Part shown: positions 1 to 13,933 of the stretch, piece by piece
Position numbering within the stretch: position 1 is the first letter of the stretch
How the letters are laid out: every line of letters starts with the position of its first letter
Origin: Octopus sinensis
Taxonomy: Eukaryota
DNA length: 64,000 nucleotides
Direction of reading: 5' to 3'
Assembly: GCF_006345805.1 (NCBI RefSeq)
Contig: NC_043000.1
Location: forward strand, 154,008,001-154,072,000
Made by a program: the position numbers and the translations under genes
Notes under the pieces: generated by a model
Seen by the model: the letters and a program-made list of their open reading frames with translations, nothing else
What the model was told of the DNA's origin: nothing
Databases searched by the model: none

Positions 1-1171
1 TTTTGTCTAGCCTTAATACATCTCTCGAGATTGCTCAATGATGTACAATACGGTTATAAAACGTTTGATAAAAATATGAATCATCTCATTTACATGGATG
101 ATTTAAAGCACTTTGCAAAAAATGACCAACAACGACAGAGCTTACTAGCGATTGTTAAACAACTGTCAGTGATGACATCGGAGTCCAATTTGGCCTCGAT
201 TAATGTGCAAAAGCTACTTTTATCAAAGGAAAAATGACAGAAACATCCAATGTTAATCTTGACAAGCAGAATGTCATAAAGGAATTAGAACGAACGGAGA
301 GTTACAAACACCAATGATGAGGGAAAGGATCAGAAGAGAATGTTATCGCAGAGTAAGAGCAATACTCAAGACAGAGCTGAGTGCAAGAAACAGGATCGAA
401 GCGATCAATACATTAGCCATACTAGTCGTGACTTACAGTTTCAATATCATTAACTGGTCAGTTTACTGAAATATGTAATCTTGACAGAAAAATACGAAAA
501 TTATTGACAATGTATAGAATGCACTACCCTGAGGTGGATATAGAACGATTTTATCTGCCAAGAAAAGAGGGAGGCCGTGGAATTTTACAACTGGAATTAA
601 CAATGAAGATTGCCACAATTGGCCTAGACACCTACCTGAAAAACATGAAAACAAGAAAGCATCATACTCAGTAACAAAATATATAAAAGGATATCTAAGT
701 GAATTCTAAATACAACAAATTCTAGAATAAGACGTACTAGAAACAAGCACAGAAAAAGCTAAGCGTATGAAAACCCGTGCTGAAACTACTGCATTAGATA
801 TTCTTACTGATAAATGTCATGAAAAACTTCTCAATGGCAAATACCCAAAGAGATCTAATAGTGCTGATGTTGATAAAGCCCTTACCCATCAATGGTTAGT
901 GGCTTCTGACTTAAAATCAAAAACAGAAGAGTTTATCATAGTAGCCCAAGATCAATGCCTATCTACAAGAAACTACCAGGCCAACATATTAAAGAACGGC
1001 AGCTACCCAACATGTCGTGTACGTCAACAACAAAATGAAACCATTGATCATGTTGTCTCCAAGTGCAGTCTTCTTGCACATACAGAGTATCTCAACAAGC
1101 ATGATAGAACAGCACAATATATTCACTGGGTAATTAGCAAAAACCTGGACCTACCTCATGATAAAAACTGA
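1..1171 (+). mobile_element. Decayed R4/Dong-like (RLE-type) non-LTR retrotransposon fragment: RT C-terminal half plus zinc knuckle
   Basis: Translations give NHLIYMDDLKHFAKN (RT YMDD), an RFYLPRKEGGRG-like segment, EEFIIVAQDQCLSTRNY and CRVR..ETIDHVVSKC...KHD...IHW (CCHC plus RHD motif). Many stops and frameshifts. Confidence 0.88.
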
Positions 1172-2007
1172 GAGCTATTGCCTTCCAAAAACCCTCCATA
1201 AAGTATGAGAGTACTTCTGAACCCGGAACTGCAACTGGTCCATCAATCCAGATCTATTGCCGACCTGCTCTACACTGTATCGTATGAAGTGGAGGTTGTC
1301 ATTGATAGATCTATCAGAAGGTGGCACATGTTTGCGCCTTCCTATCTGCAATACAAGAGGTTGGAAAAGCAACAACCTCTTGGCGATCACCTTTGCCAAA
1401 CTCTAAATCTCTGTTGAACAGAGTTACAGGCCTGAAATATTCAATCGTATTCCTTACTCGCGTCCTTCATCACCACTGCCTTCATTTCTCGACCAACTAA
1501 ATAGGAAATGCTTCCAGTCTACTACCAGATGACGGTGGTGTATTTTATAGAGTCTATTATAGTTCACTCTTCTATTTTGTGAGAAACTATTTTCACAAAA
1601 CATTAAACAACAGATTTCCCGGAGGACCATCATAAAAAAGCACACATTTTCACATTATGCATCGAATTCATGTTTATCATTTCTACATTTTATCCTATTA
1701 AATTGATTTCCTTTTGCACTCGTTGCAAAATAAAATTTAATTTTCAAAGCAGTACACACCCACAAATGTTCAGTCGGGACGAATCAAGTAAATCTCTAGC
1801 ATAGAAGATTCCACTATAAACTGACTGGCAAAAAGTTGAAATGTACTGGTGTTGCCAGTCGCCACAGAACATAGGTGTATTATCAAACATATATTTAAAA
1901 ATGATAGACGGGTGTCTAATGCGCCATGGCTAATTATCTGGTGTACCACTTTTAGTGCATACGCCATAGGTCGGCCACCTTTCACTTAAAACATTTAATA
2001 ACCCTTT

Positions 2008-2378
2008 GTGTGAGTGTGTGTGTGTGTATGTGTGCGCGTGCGTGTGTGTGTGTGTGTATGTATATGTATGTATATATACACATATAATTTATACATACAC
2101 ACATACATACATGCATGTATATATACATACATATATACATATATATATATAGATACATATACATACATACAAATATACATACAAATTAATATTTATATAT
2201 ATATAATATATATTTAATATATATATATATATATATACAAAAATACATACAAATTAATATATGTTTATTCGTGTGTGTATGTATGTATGTGTATGTATGT
2301 ATGTATGTATGTATGTATGTATGTATGTATGCATGTATGTATGTATGTATGTATGTATGTATGTGCGTGTGTGTGTGT
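2008..2378. repeat. Compound (TG)n/(AT)n/(ATGT)n microsatellite, representative of dozens of such tracts in the window
   Basis: Directly visible. Similar tracts at ~4957-5080 (ATCT), 6660-6900, 19120-19445, 27240-27765, 46866-46986 (GATA) and 48530-48932. Confidence 0.95.
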
Positions 2379-2930
2379 AATATGTGTATATCTTAATTTG
2401 CTATCTCTAACTCACTTACCCACCTTCTATTCGCCTCATATGAGATTTGAGGATCCTATCTAAAACGGAATAACAAATACGTCTGCAATACATTTCAAAT
2501 TAAACAGAAATTAAAACGTTTGCACCAACTGACTTTCCTTTTCCTATTCAATATTAAGCATCCCTGTCGACATCAATACCATCAACAATATAAACTCCGA
2601 TGAACCAACGAGTGAGCCGTACGAGGCCAATTGGCTTGCTAGAAATAGCCTAGAAATCTCCCTCAAGTCAAAGCCTACTGATTTTGTTTTTATTTAATTT
2701 TAAAAAATGGAAATAAATAACTCTTCTTTGTGAAGGCCATTGCCTAGTAGTCACAGTGTTCTGATCATGTTCATCAGATTGTGGATTCAATTATATCAGT
2801 TCATTTGTGTGTTTGAACAAAATAACTCCTGTTATTTTGTAGTACTTCAGTCAATCAATCAATCAGCTTAAGTATGTCGAAGTCCTTTTGTCGATATTCA
2901 TGATCTCATCAATAACAACTATTCCTAGGA

Positions 2931-3462
2931 GCGGCGAGCTGGCAGAATCCTATGCACGCTGGGCGAAATGCTAAACAGTATTTCGTCTGCCGCTACGTCC
3001 TGAGTTCAAATTCCGCCGAGGTCGACTTTGCCTTTCATCCTTTCGGGGTCGATAAATAAAGTACCAGTTTCGCACTGGGGTCGATGTAATCGACCTAATC
3101 CCTTTCTCTATCCTTTGTTTGTCCCCTCTATGTTTAGCCCCTTGTGGGCAGTAAAGAAGTAAATATATAAATAGGAACAGAGTAAATGGAAGTCAGCATT
3201 AACGGAATCGACTTAATCCATTTGTCTGTCCTTGTTTGTCCCCTCTATGTTTAGCCCCTTGTGGGTAGTAAAGAAATAGGTATTTCATTTGCTGCTACGT
3301 TCTGAGTTCAAATTCCGCCGAGGTCGTCTTTTCCTTTCATCCTTTCGGGGTTGATTAAATAAGTACCAGTTACGCACTGGGGTCGATGTAATCGACTTAA
3401 TCCCTTTGTCTGTCCTTGTTTGTCCCCTCTATGTTTAGCCATTTGTGGGCAATAAAGAAATA
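2931..3462 (+). mobile_element. SINE family A (tRNA-derived, Nin/Deu-domain-like) with duplicated 3' body and ~20 bp TSD
   Basis: Head GCGGCGAGCTGGCAGAA, B-box-like GAGTTCAAATTC, core GTCGACTTTGCCTTTCATCCTTTCGGGGTCGAT. AATAACAACTATTCCTAGGA lies at 2911-2930 and again at 3463-3482. Confidence 0.9.
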
Positions 3463-3739
3463 AATAACAACTATTCCTAGGAGAAGAGAAAGCATGTCAA
3501 TCGATGAAGTCACGAATGGCAACAAAAGAACTTCGACATGACTGATTGATTGATTGACCGAACGATTAATCAAGCAATCGATAATCTCATTGGTTTAATG
3601 ATTAACCAATTAACTAATAAAAATAAAAGAATTTAAATAGAACCAAAGTGCGTGTTTATTATTGGCATAATGACGCTCAAAAAATACAAAACATGCTTCA
3701 ACACACATCAAGAATTTTTAAAACCAAATACAAAACAAG

Positions 3740-4150
3740 ATTTTACATTATTTCGTTCTTGAGCTGCTCAGCTGTAATAAGCATCATCCGGGTTACGGTA
3801 CGTCCCTTTCCTCTCCCAGCTATCATAACCTGGATGTTTCACTGGATCAAGAGGTCGTTACTAATATATAAACATCTAAAGTTATTAGTGAAAGCATGGT
3901 ACGTATTACCAAGCCATACTCATTCACATTGACGGCTAGTTGTAATTAATAATCCTTCTTCCCTCTGCATTATGTAAAGGACATCCATCGTTTCCAATTC
4001 CACCCTATTTTAACAGATTATTGAGTCGGTATTTCTTTAACAAGCTGTTAAATCTAGCAAGTATCTTCTACTTATCTTTCTGATTTCTTTCTTTCAGTTT
4101 TCCTATAGCCACAAAGTGTTCAAGATAAGATTTGTCTTTTGTACGATGTC
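3740..4150 (-). mobile_element. Very decayed R4/Dong-like LINE remnant
   Basis: Minus strand reads MDVLYIMQREEGLL, resembling the post-RT DRLYLPRxEGGRGL motif. The rest is degenerate. Confidence 0.35.
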
Positions 4151-4194
4151 CAGCAAAATGTCTGATGTCTCCTTATGTTGTTAATGTGGTTTCT

Positions 4195-4609
4195 TATTTC
4201 TTTATTGCCCACAAGGGGTTAAACACAGAGAGGACAAACAAGAACAGACAAACGGATTAAGTCGTTTATATCCCCAGTGTGCAATTGGTACTTAATTTAT
4301 CGACCCCGAAACGATGAAAGGCAAAGTCGACCTTGGCGGAATTTGAACTCAGAACGTAACGGCAAACAAAATACCTAGTTCTTTACTACCCACAAGGGGC
4401 TAAACACAGAGAGGATAAACAAGGACAGACAAACGGATTAAGTCGATTATATCGACCCCAGTGCGTAACTGATACTTAATTTATCGGCCCCGAAAGGATG
4501 AAAGGCAAAGTCGACCTCGGCAGAATTTGAACTCAGAACGTAACGGCAGACAAAATACCGCTACGCATTTCACCCGGTGTGCTACCGTTTCTGCCAGCTC
4601 GCCGCATTT
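4195..4609 (-). mobile_element. SINE family A, dimeric body, 11 bp TSD
   Basis: Reverse complement of the 2931-3462 element. ATGTGGTTTCT at 4184-4194 and 4610-4620. Confidence 0.9.
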
Positions 4610-4963
4610 ATGTGGTTTCTGTTGGTTTATGTTCGTAATGTAAACATAGATATGCAAAAAGACAAAATGGTGATGACTGGAACACATTTGATAGTCTCCT
4701 CATTCAAGATTAGCCTGGTGCTAAACTTATTCCGCAAACTCTAAGAAGATGAAGCCTAATTCTAGCTTGGTTTCGAATTTTCACCTTAGAAAGCTAAAGG
4801 TACGCATCTTAATATTAAGGTTGTTTTATTCTAAAATTCTATCACAGCAACTTCAGCGTTTTCAAATATATTTACGTATGTGTGTAAGTAGATATGTAGG
4901 TTATGTATATATGCGTGTGCATACATATACATTTCCCTCCACCGTTCTCTTCTTGTCTATCTA

Positions 4964-5046
<83 letters not shown>

Positions 5047-5329
5047 TTATCTATCTATCAAATAAATAAATAAATAAATAAACGCATCATATACGCACAC
5101 ACATATGCGTTCTTTTCTCCAGAAATGGGAACGGTTAAGAAAACTCTTCTCAAAGACAAGAGGGAGGTAATGATACCGGTTTCTTTTAGAGAAACTGTTC
5201 ACGCTTGGGTCAACTGCGCGCATATAGCATGGAGCACTAATGAATAAATAAATGGATTTTGTAAGTGTGTGTGTGTACATATATATATAAATAGGCACAC
5301 ACACACATATATACAGAGAGTGAAAGAGA

Positions 5330-5377
<48 letters not shown>

Positions 5378-5395
5378 CATATACATACACATACA

Positions 5396-5427
<32 letters not shown>

Positions 5428-6004
5428 GGTGCAAAAGCAGATTTCCAAGAAATTCTAGTGTACTCTATAAAGTACAAAGCAAAGTGATTTGAATTCTCCA
5501 AATATGCAGTGAACATATTAAAAACATTTCAGGGATTCTTTACTTAAGAGTGTTGGGATAACAACATGCCCATAATTACATAAGACATGGAATGCATACG
5601 CAATCACACACACATACTTGTGCATACACGCACACTTTGCTAGTGAGTAGCTTGAAAACTGCAAAGGAAGAGACTTAAATTCCAAATAAATAAAGCATAA
5701 ATACGTATATCTTACAATACAAGACGTTCTCTTGGTGGACAGAAGATCAGTGTAGTGGTGTCTACCGATGATCGGTCAAATAATTGTGAAATAGTCTATA
5801 AAAATAATGCTATTTATTCTTTTTCGTGTATGCGGAAAAAAACCTGAAATGTATTTGAATTGACATCACTGAGAGATTTGTCTACGCTATAATTGTTAGG
5901 CCTTGTGCCCAAATTTGAAAGCAATATGAATAGCTAAGAGGATAAATATAGCTAGCTTATATTAAATATTCAATATGATCTTGATCTGGTATATTTGAGG
6001 TTCA

Positions 6005-6311
6005 AGTAGAGGCACATGGTCTAGTGGCTAGAGCAGCGGATTCGCGATCGAGAGATCGTGCGTTCGAATCTCAAACCGGGCGATGTGTTTATGAGCGAAA
6101 CACCTATGCTCCACGCGGCTCCGTACAGAAGGTAATGGCGAAATTCTGCCGACTCTTTCGCCACAACTTTCTCTCACTCTTTCCTCCTGCATCTTGCAGC
6201 GCACCTGTAACGGACCGGCGTCCCGTCCAGGTGAGGAACCTTTACGCCAAGGAAACCGGGAAACCGGCCCTTATGAGCCAGGTATGGCTCGAGAAGGAAC
6301 AAACAACAACG
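6005..6311 (+). mobile_element. SINE family C (tRNA-derived, resembles octopus OR-type SINEs), 11 bp TSD
   Basis: A box TGGTCTAGTGG, B box GTTCGAATC, (CAA)n tail. TTTGAGGTTCA at 5994-6004 and 6312-6322. Confidence 0.88.
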
Positions 6312-6670
6312 TTTGAGGTTCATTCTTCACAAAAACTTAGTAATAGTACCGAATACCTGTTGAGGTGTTATGCATTCTTAGTGATTAAATGTCTCGTTCA
6401 AATGAACTAATATTTTACTGCCGGCTTTCACGTTCGTCTATCTACTACGCAGACACACAGACAGACTGACTAACAGACAGACTGACTGACAGACAAATAG
6501 AGAGATATATAGTTAGATATGCAGACGAGAGACTTTACACATGGAAGCAAGTTGAATTAATAGAGAAGTTAATTTGTAAAGCAAAAGGGTTAAGCATATG
6601 TAAGCCATTAGATAAATTCCTTCACAGAAATTCCTATTTGAAGTTATTTATCTAGATATACATACATACA

Positions 6671-6704
<34 letters not shown>

Positions 6705-6711
6705 CATACAT

Positions 6712-6851
<140 letters not shown>

Positions 6852-7186
6852 GCATACACACACACACACGCACACACACATATACATATATATATATGCA
6901 TGATATGCGATGATTTGAAAACTATGTATATAATGTATTTCCTCATTTTACTCTACGGAAATGTTATTCTTTACGTTCACTACTTTCACCGACTACCATG
7001 GAAATATATTTCTTTTTAAAAAAAAGTTTCTCATCTTCATCCGCTCAGTAAATGAAACGTTTACATAAAAGATATTTATATGCTGCACATAAACGTATTT
7101 ATCTTAGTTACACCTATGTTCATACTCACTCTTTACTAAAAAAATTATGTTTGTTTTTCAATATATATATGTATATAAATATATAT

Positions 7187-7262
<76 letters not shown>

Positions 7263-7273
7263 TACGTATATAA

Positions 7274-7336
<63 letters not shown>

Positions 7337-7338
<2 letters not shown>

Positions 7339-7560
7339 TATATAATAATAATAATATTAGGGAATAAATCCAAACTTACAGGGAAAAGTTAGATTTAGGA
7401 TTAAATCCATTTTATAGTATAAATATATTATATTATACTATATTAAATTATAGTATAAATATATTATATTATATTATATTAAATTAGAGATAAAACCACT
7501 ATTAGGCAAATCAAAGAGTGAAAAACATAAGCCAATACATAAAATTAATTTAAAAATATA
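7337..7560. repeat. Dispersed AT-rich repeat, homologous to 20595-20760
   Basis: ATATTAGGGA.TAAATCCAAACTTACAGGGAAAA...AGAGATAAAACCACTATTAGGCAAATCAAA occurs at both loci. Confidence 0.8.
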
Positions 7561-8067
7561 AAAGTTAAAAATAAAAAATTATTTAAATAATTTAAACTTA
7601 TAAATTTTATATATATATACAAATATATATATATATGTATAATACTTTTATATTTATATATTATTTTATTAATTAATTAATTTACTTATTTATTTAATTA
7701 TTTTTTTAATATCGAAGGTATTAAAAGTTTAATAAAAGATAAAGAGTAATATATATATATACATACACAGACTGAGAGAAAGAAAGAGGGAAAGAGAGAT
7801 AGATGTACATAGAGATATACCTATACATATATGTGATTTTTTTCGGCGACTTCAATGAGAGTCTTGACTGTTATTTCAAGCAGTTGGACATATTTAGTAT
7901 GTCCTTTGAATAATTTTAGCCCTTCAGCTATTTAATGGTTTTGGGGGCCTGCAAACCACCCATATTGTTGAGTCTGTTATTATCACTTTCAATTGTTACA
8001 CTAGATGATAACAGAGTTAATAATATCTTCGCAAATATTTTTCTCTTGAATTGTTTGCTCCGCATTG

Positions 8068-8134
<67 letters not shown>

Positions 8135-8197
8135 TGTGTGGTGTGTGTGTGTGTGTGTGTGTGTATGCATGTATGTATGTATGTATGTATGTATGTA

Positions 8198-8345
8198 TGT
8201 AGCTTGTTTACCAACCACATGGTTCCGGGTTCATTCCCACTGCGTGGCATCTTGGGCAAGTGTCTTCTGCTATAGCCTCGGGCCGACCAATGCCTTGTGA
8301 GTGGATTTGGTAGGCGGAAACTGAAAGAAGCCTGTCGTATATATG

Positions 8346-8377
<32 letters not shown>

Positions 8378-8611
8378 CGTGTTTGTGTGCGTGTTTGTGT
8401 GTCTGTGTTTGTCCCCCTAGCATTGCTTGACAACCGATGCTGGTGTGTTTATGTCCCCGTGACTTAGCGGTTCGGCAAAAGAGACCGATAGAATAAGTAC
8501 TGGGCTTACAAAGAATAAGTCCCGGGTTCGAGTTGCTCGAGTAAAGGCGGTGCTCCAGCATGGCCGCAGTCAAATGACTGAAACAAGTAAAAGAGTAAAA
8601 GAGTAAAAGAG
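8198..8611 (+). mobile_element. SINE family B (internal microsatellite, (GTAAAAGA)n tail), 5'-clipped
   Basis: Matches the fuller copies at 24321-24740 and 52118-52533. Confidence 0.9.
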
Positions 8612-9045
8612 ATTTATATTCTAATTTTTCTATTTAATATGTATTAGTAGTATATGTAGTTTTAACTTTGACCCGTTAGTAATAATAACAATGAGATAAA
8701 TAGACTGAGGTCACACTGGTGGATTTATGTAATAGGTATAGCCTGAAAAACACACCACCAGCACCGAAACCCGTGTAGCGTTGATGAAAAATATCTTCTT
8801 TCACCACAGACTAATAACAGGTAAGGTATATATATATATATTTCAAATATTTTGTAAATAAGTTTTTAAATAAGTTTATTGTATTTTATAGTAGGTATTA
8901 AAATGCTTATATTATTCTATTATTATATAGGATATAAAATCGAGAGCATGCCTATATAAACTTTTCTTCAAGTAGCAAAATTATTCTTAGACACTAAAAT
9001 TTCGAAAACGACTTCGTAATATATACATCCCAAAGCTTCGTTAAA

Positions 9046-9448
9046 TCTTTATATATAAAAGTGAAGTTGTGTGAGTGTCTCCTACGATTTAGATTCCTAA
9101 CTACTCCCACATTTTGCGGTGCAGTTTAACCAAAACCGGGTATCTTATAGTCGTGATTCATATCGAGCCCTTCTGGGTATTAGCGCGCGTCTACGATGAG
9201 TCTACAATTTTAAAAACAATTTACCATCATTTTTTTCCATTTTAATGCATTTTTTCGCTATTATATAAGGGAAGTAACTCTCTAAAAATGTCTACGATGA
9301 GTCAACGATTTAAAAAAAAATTTACCATAATTTTTTTTCCATTTTTAATGCAATGCATTTTTTTGCTATTTTTTGGCTATAACTCTCTAAAAATGCTTAT
9401 ATAGTTATTTCCCTTACAAACCCGAGCAACGCCGGGCGATACTGCTAG
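9046..9448 (+). mobile_element. Complete non-autonomous Helitron
   Basis: 5' TC (TCTTTATATATAAAA) preceded by A. 3' GC-rich hairpin CCCGAGCAACGCCGGG at 9421-9436, then CTAG followed by T. No TSD. Confidence 0.88.
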
Positions 9449-9886
9449 TTAGATTATAAAAAATCGAGAGAACATATCAAAATAAATTTATAGAAAAACG
9501 TTTGCCTCCATATATTTAATTCACATTTAAAATCATTAAGCATTTTTGGTGAACATAAGGTCTTTGTCTTTCATTTTTGCCAATACAGTTTCCATTTTGT
9601 TATGATGTTAAAGACGGCGTCCTAAGTTTCCACAAGAAAATGTGGGCTATTTGAAATATGTAGGTTTTTCATGGATGTATCTATGCTTGATGTTTGCCAT
9701 AAGTTTCCAGGTTCATTTTACAAAAACAACATTGAAAGTTTTCGCAAGCATTTCTGGTAGGGTGTTTCCCTTGCTTAAAGTTATATCAGTTTTCGCTAAG
9801 TTAATTATTTTATAAAATTGTACTTCATTATATTTTCATGGTGGTAAGATAACAAAACCGCTATATCGCGCAATTAATTATTATGC

Positions 9887-9939
<53 letters not shown>

Positions 9940-11099
9940 CGTATGGGTGTATATGTGTGTGTGTGTGTGCATTCATATCCATGTACACACACATATTTCA
10001 ATAGCAAAGTGACTGAATTACAGTACTGTCCAGACCATTGGATGTTGTTATAAACCGCCGGAAACAATGCATTTAAAACGATGCCACACGCTGGTCAGGC
10101 GGGAAGGCCAACATTCCCCGTACACAAGATGCCAAACCGTTGCAGGATTATCTATTTAGAGCTGTACGCGACATATAACAGCATAAAGTTTTTATGAAGT
10201 AAGAAACTCACTTGAACAGAACACTTTTAATGATGTAGAACGACCCGTGGTTAATTACATAGTAGACCACGTTTCTCATCTTCCTAACGTTGAAATGTCG
10301 CCAAACGTTGTAGCACTCAGGTCCTGGTCTTGACAGGAGGGTCTGAGAATCTGGCGTTTCATCCAATCTCGAAGTAATGTTGCCGCCAAAGTCTAAATCA
10401 GTCAGTGTCATCATACTAACCTTCCTCAACTTCTTTAGTGAAATTATAACGCTTATCCCGATATGGTCTCCAAGTCTTTACTGGACAGATGTCTAGAATC
10501 GTGAGAAAATGAAGGGCAACGATATGTCCTTTGCAGGAGAACCGATTGCAATTCAAATACTTCGGTTACACAGTGTGGTGTAATCGCTGGTGCCATGATG
10601 GTAGTGTATGTGTCTTCAGCAGCTTAAAGGATACTTGATGGGGTACCGTATAACTACAAGATTTTGATCATTTTCCTTCACACGATGCTTTTTTGAAGTC
10701 AATAAAGTCAAGAGAGGGTTGGACGAGTTTCATTAATCCTTTTCCAAAGGGCTAAGATTTTCACAAATGATGTCCTTTCCTTACAAAAATTGTTCGGGTA
10801 ATATCTCAGCTCGAGAAGTCAGTGGCTGGATTTATCATCTGATTAAAAGGTTTTACTGAGATACATGAACTGTTGATACTAGGGTAGTTGTTGCCCTTCA
10901 TAATCTGGATTTTGCTAAAAGGAATTATCTTCGAAAAGAAGCACTGCTTCAGCTAGCAGCCCTTCATACATACTGTCTTGAAAATGTTTAATAATGTGTT
11001 ATCTAAGTCACTATTCTTTAGCATCTTAGATAAGATCCCTTCAAATTCCTTAATCTTTCCATATCGAGGAAAGCTCCTTACTCATTGCGCTCAGCCACA

Positions 11100-12000
11100 G
11101 AGAAAATACTGCAGTCAATGAAATTTTAGCATAACCACTCGTTGTTCATAATTTCAGGGTTCTTGAAGTGTATGAACCACTTCTACATCCGGTCATCGCA
11201 GGTGTTCTTGCTGCTATGACTTACGTTTGGCTTCTCTCATTTACGGGAGTCAATGCTTCATTATTTTTTGTCATTGTTGTCATTCTCCAACTTGCTGGTC
11301 CACTGGATCAGATCCTCTTCTCTCGGTAGATCGTACACTTTGAAATTTGTCTCAGTTGTATATGCCATGTGCTGAACTTTTCACTGCATTCCGCGCTACA
11401 ACTGCATCATGTATTAAGAAGAAACAATTTTTATCGATTCCCATACAGCCTTTGGCAGACACTACATTGCTTCTCTTTGCCTCAATGTGCTCTCGCTGTA
11501 GTAGTCTACAGCACTTTCATCAGCTAACAACAGGAAAATATTCCTCACTTCGACGAAGTGCTAATTTTGCAACTCAGATTGAGAGACGAAAACTTTCCGG
11601 TCGATAATTACTTAGAGAGTCGTGGACATAAGATTTTGTAGGCTCAGTCGTATTTCCCTCGATGCTCCAAGCGTCAGGAGCCAATTGTGTTGAAACTAGT
11701 GTCGGTTTCTGTGTTCATGGGGCTGTTACCACTCTTTTTGCACGCCGGAATTTAGTCCAGTTATTTCATGAGCAAATTGTGACGTGATTTTTGTACGTAC
11801 ACTGTTTGATAAACAGTGTACGTACAAAAATCACGTCATGCATGCTTCGAAATTTGTTTTGAAAGAGCTGACGTTCTGTCTAAGGAGGAGATCAAACAAG
11901 AACTGTCCATTCTGATCAGTGAAGTAAGGGAAGACTAGAACAATTCCTCTTATCCAATTCAGGGGTTGAAATTACTGAGTATAGCGAATAAATTATAAAC
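11100..12000 (+). mobile_element. Highly decayed hAT (Charlie/Buster-like) transposase remnant
   Basis: Degenerate motifs in the expected order across frames: EPLLHPVIAGVL (~EELILP), FLSIPIQPLADTTLLLFA (~FSLQLDES..LL), SLDAPSV (~TDGAPSM), LHxR-like, ISEVR (~HTEVRW). Confidence 0.35.
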
Positions 12001-13639
12001 AGGCATTGCACCAATAGCAGATCGAAGTTTCTCGTAAAAGTTCGCATCTTTTTCTAGAACAGGACTGACGAGAAGAATAATATACAACGAGTGTTGGTAA
12101 CTGACTGTTAAATTCAATTAGAACGTTATCAATTCCGCAACCGTTTACTCCAGATGACAACTTTGTGGACGTGGATGAGAGATAAATCGCTTTTTATGAT
12201 CAAGTGGTTGACTTTTTCGGCTGTATTCCTATAACGAAACAGAAGCACAGTATACCAATATACCTCAAAGTACTGTTATCAGACAAATCTCTCCCCGAAG
12301 ACAATACATTTACGATATCATACTGTCTGTCTGTGATAGATCAGTCAACTGTTGAGATCCTGCGGGCTCGAACCGCTGGAAGCATAAACATTTTTCCATC
12401 ATTAAGTCTATCAAAGCTAAGGTTACCGAGGACCACTGCTCAACGCGAAGATTTGCATCACTTATCAGTACCTAAAGTACAAGCAGCATAAATTACATTC
12501 GAAAACCTCGTCCGTCATATCATGCTTCAATAAACGTAGAGGACACCAGTTGCTATTTTTATACATACATGCTATAATACTGAACCTAGAGTCCCTAAAC
12601 TGGGTTTTGACACCCAGAGCAAACTGTACTCGAGTTATAGCTTAGCTGCAAAGTAAAATCTAATGAAATAATCTCTCTTACCATATATAATTGGGTTAAC
12701 GTATGTCAACAAAAATATAGTGCTGATGATGTTATTACTATTGCTTTATTCATTACTACTATTACTGGTACTTTTAATGTTTGTATAACAAATATGCAGG
12801 AATTGTTGGAGAAGTGAAACATCTGTTACTTTTGCTGTTACTAGAATTACTAGAGAGATAAACACACATCGTCTGGTAGACTGGTGTAGGTATTCTCACA
12901 CCACGAAAGTTTTAAGTCTTCAACAGTGCTTCGCCGTCAGTATTTGTAAGAGTCTTATCAACAGAACTAACACAACTAGTGCTAGAATTAATTATGATGC
13001 TTCAATGTAATCACTTAACATGCTAGGAATAGCAGCCACAAGTTTCCTTTAAAGTGCAATCACTCGTCTTAAATAACTGTTTCGCTAATCCAGTAGCAAC
13101 AATACAAAGTATGTAGCCCCTAAAACAGTTTTTGTGCTTGTATTGACAATACCGAACTGTTTTACACAGGGTCTTGTTTTTAAAAATTCCCAATGAGTTA
13201 TGAATATCCAAATTGTGAAGTCAGTTATGCAATAACATGAAATTAATTATCCGATAGTAAGAATTCAAATAAAGTAGCATCGAATAGGGTTTTAATACAT
13301 TCCCAGAGTATATAGAACTTAGGAGGAAATGCTAATAAGGTATGTATACTAAAATCGTGAGGCATGTTACGTGATAACATACTAATTAGATATGAGATAA
13401 TAGCAATGCAAAGTATATAACTCTGACAAAAACTTTTTGTGCGTTCTTAGAGAATATTACCCTCAACAGCGCTAGTGTTGGTACATTCGTGAATATACTA
13501 ATCGAAATATGTGGGTCTATTGTTTAGGAAAATACTATTTACTTGTTTAAGCGTTGTACTAGATAAATTGAGAAAATAACTCAAATAGTTCAAATACTAA
13601 AAAATAAGCATACTCAGTTTGATTTATACGAAAGAATTT

Positions 13640-13933
13640 ACGAACATGAATGGGTTATTTCTTTTGGCTATATATAAGGATCCCGTCGGGAGCGAATGGG
13701 TTATTTCCCTTGGATATTTAAAAATAATATATTAGTTATATGTAGTAGATATAAGAATCAATTCCAGGGGCTCTATTATCAATTTTTTCAATAATCTAAG
13801 TATATCACTAGTTTTCCACACATGCATTCTACCCACGCGTGAAGTTTCATCAAAATCGATAAAACGATGTAGGAGGAGTTAGATAACAATACCACAAACA
13901 AACACACCCACAGATTTCCACATATATAGCAGA
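13640..13933 (-). mobile_element. Helitron-like non-autonomous element, 5' portion
   Basis: Minus strand starts A|TCTGCTATATATG...GTTTGTTTGT...AACTCCTCC...CGATTTTGATGAAAC, typical of invertebrate Helitron 5' ends. A 3' hairpin and CTAG were not located. Confidence 0.5.

Noticed and set aside
1765-1985. Possible Tc1-like remnant (FSRDES, IIWCTTFSAY)
   Set aside because: Motifs are too weak and no TIR was found.
8071-8573. Recurrent ORFs such as DTCPRCHAVG.NPEPCGW (also at 24285 and 52151)
   Set aside because: Antisense readings of SINE family B. The recurrence reflects the repeat.
8700-8826. Possible exon ending CAG|GTAAGG
   Set aside because: No convincing acceptor or coding frame, and an isolated donor motif is insufficient.
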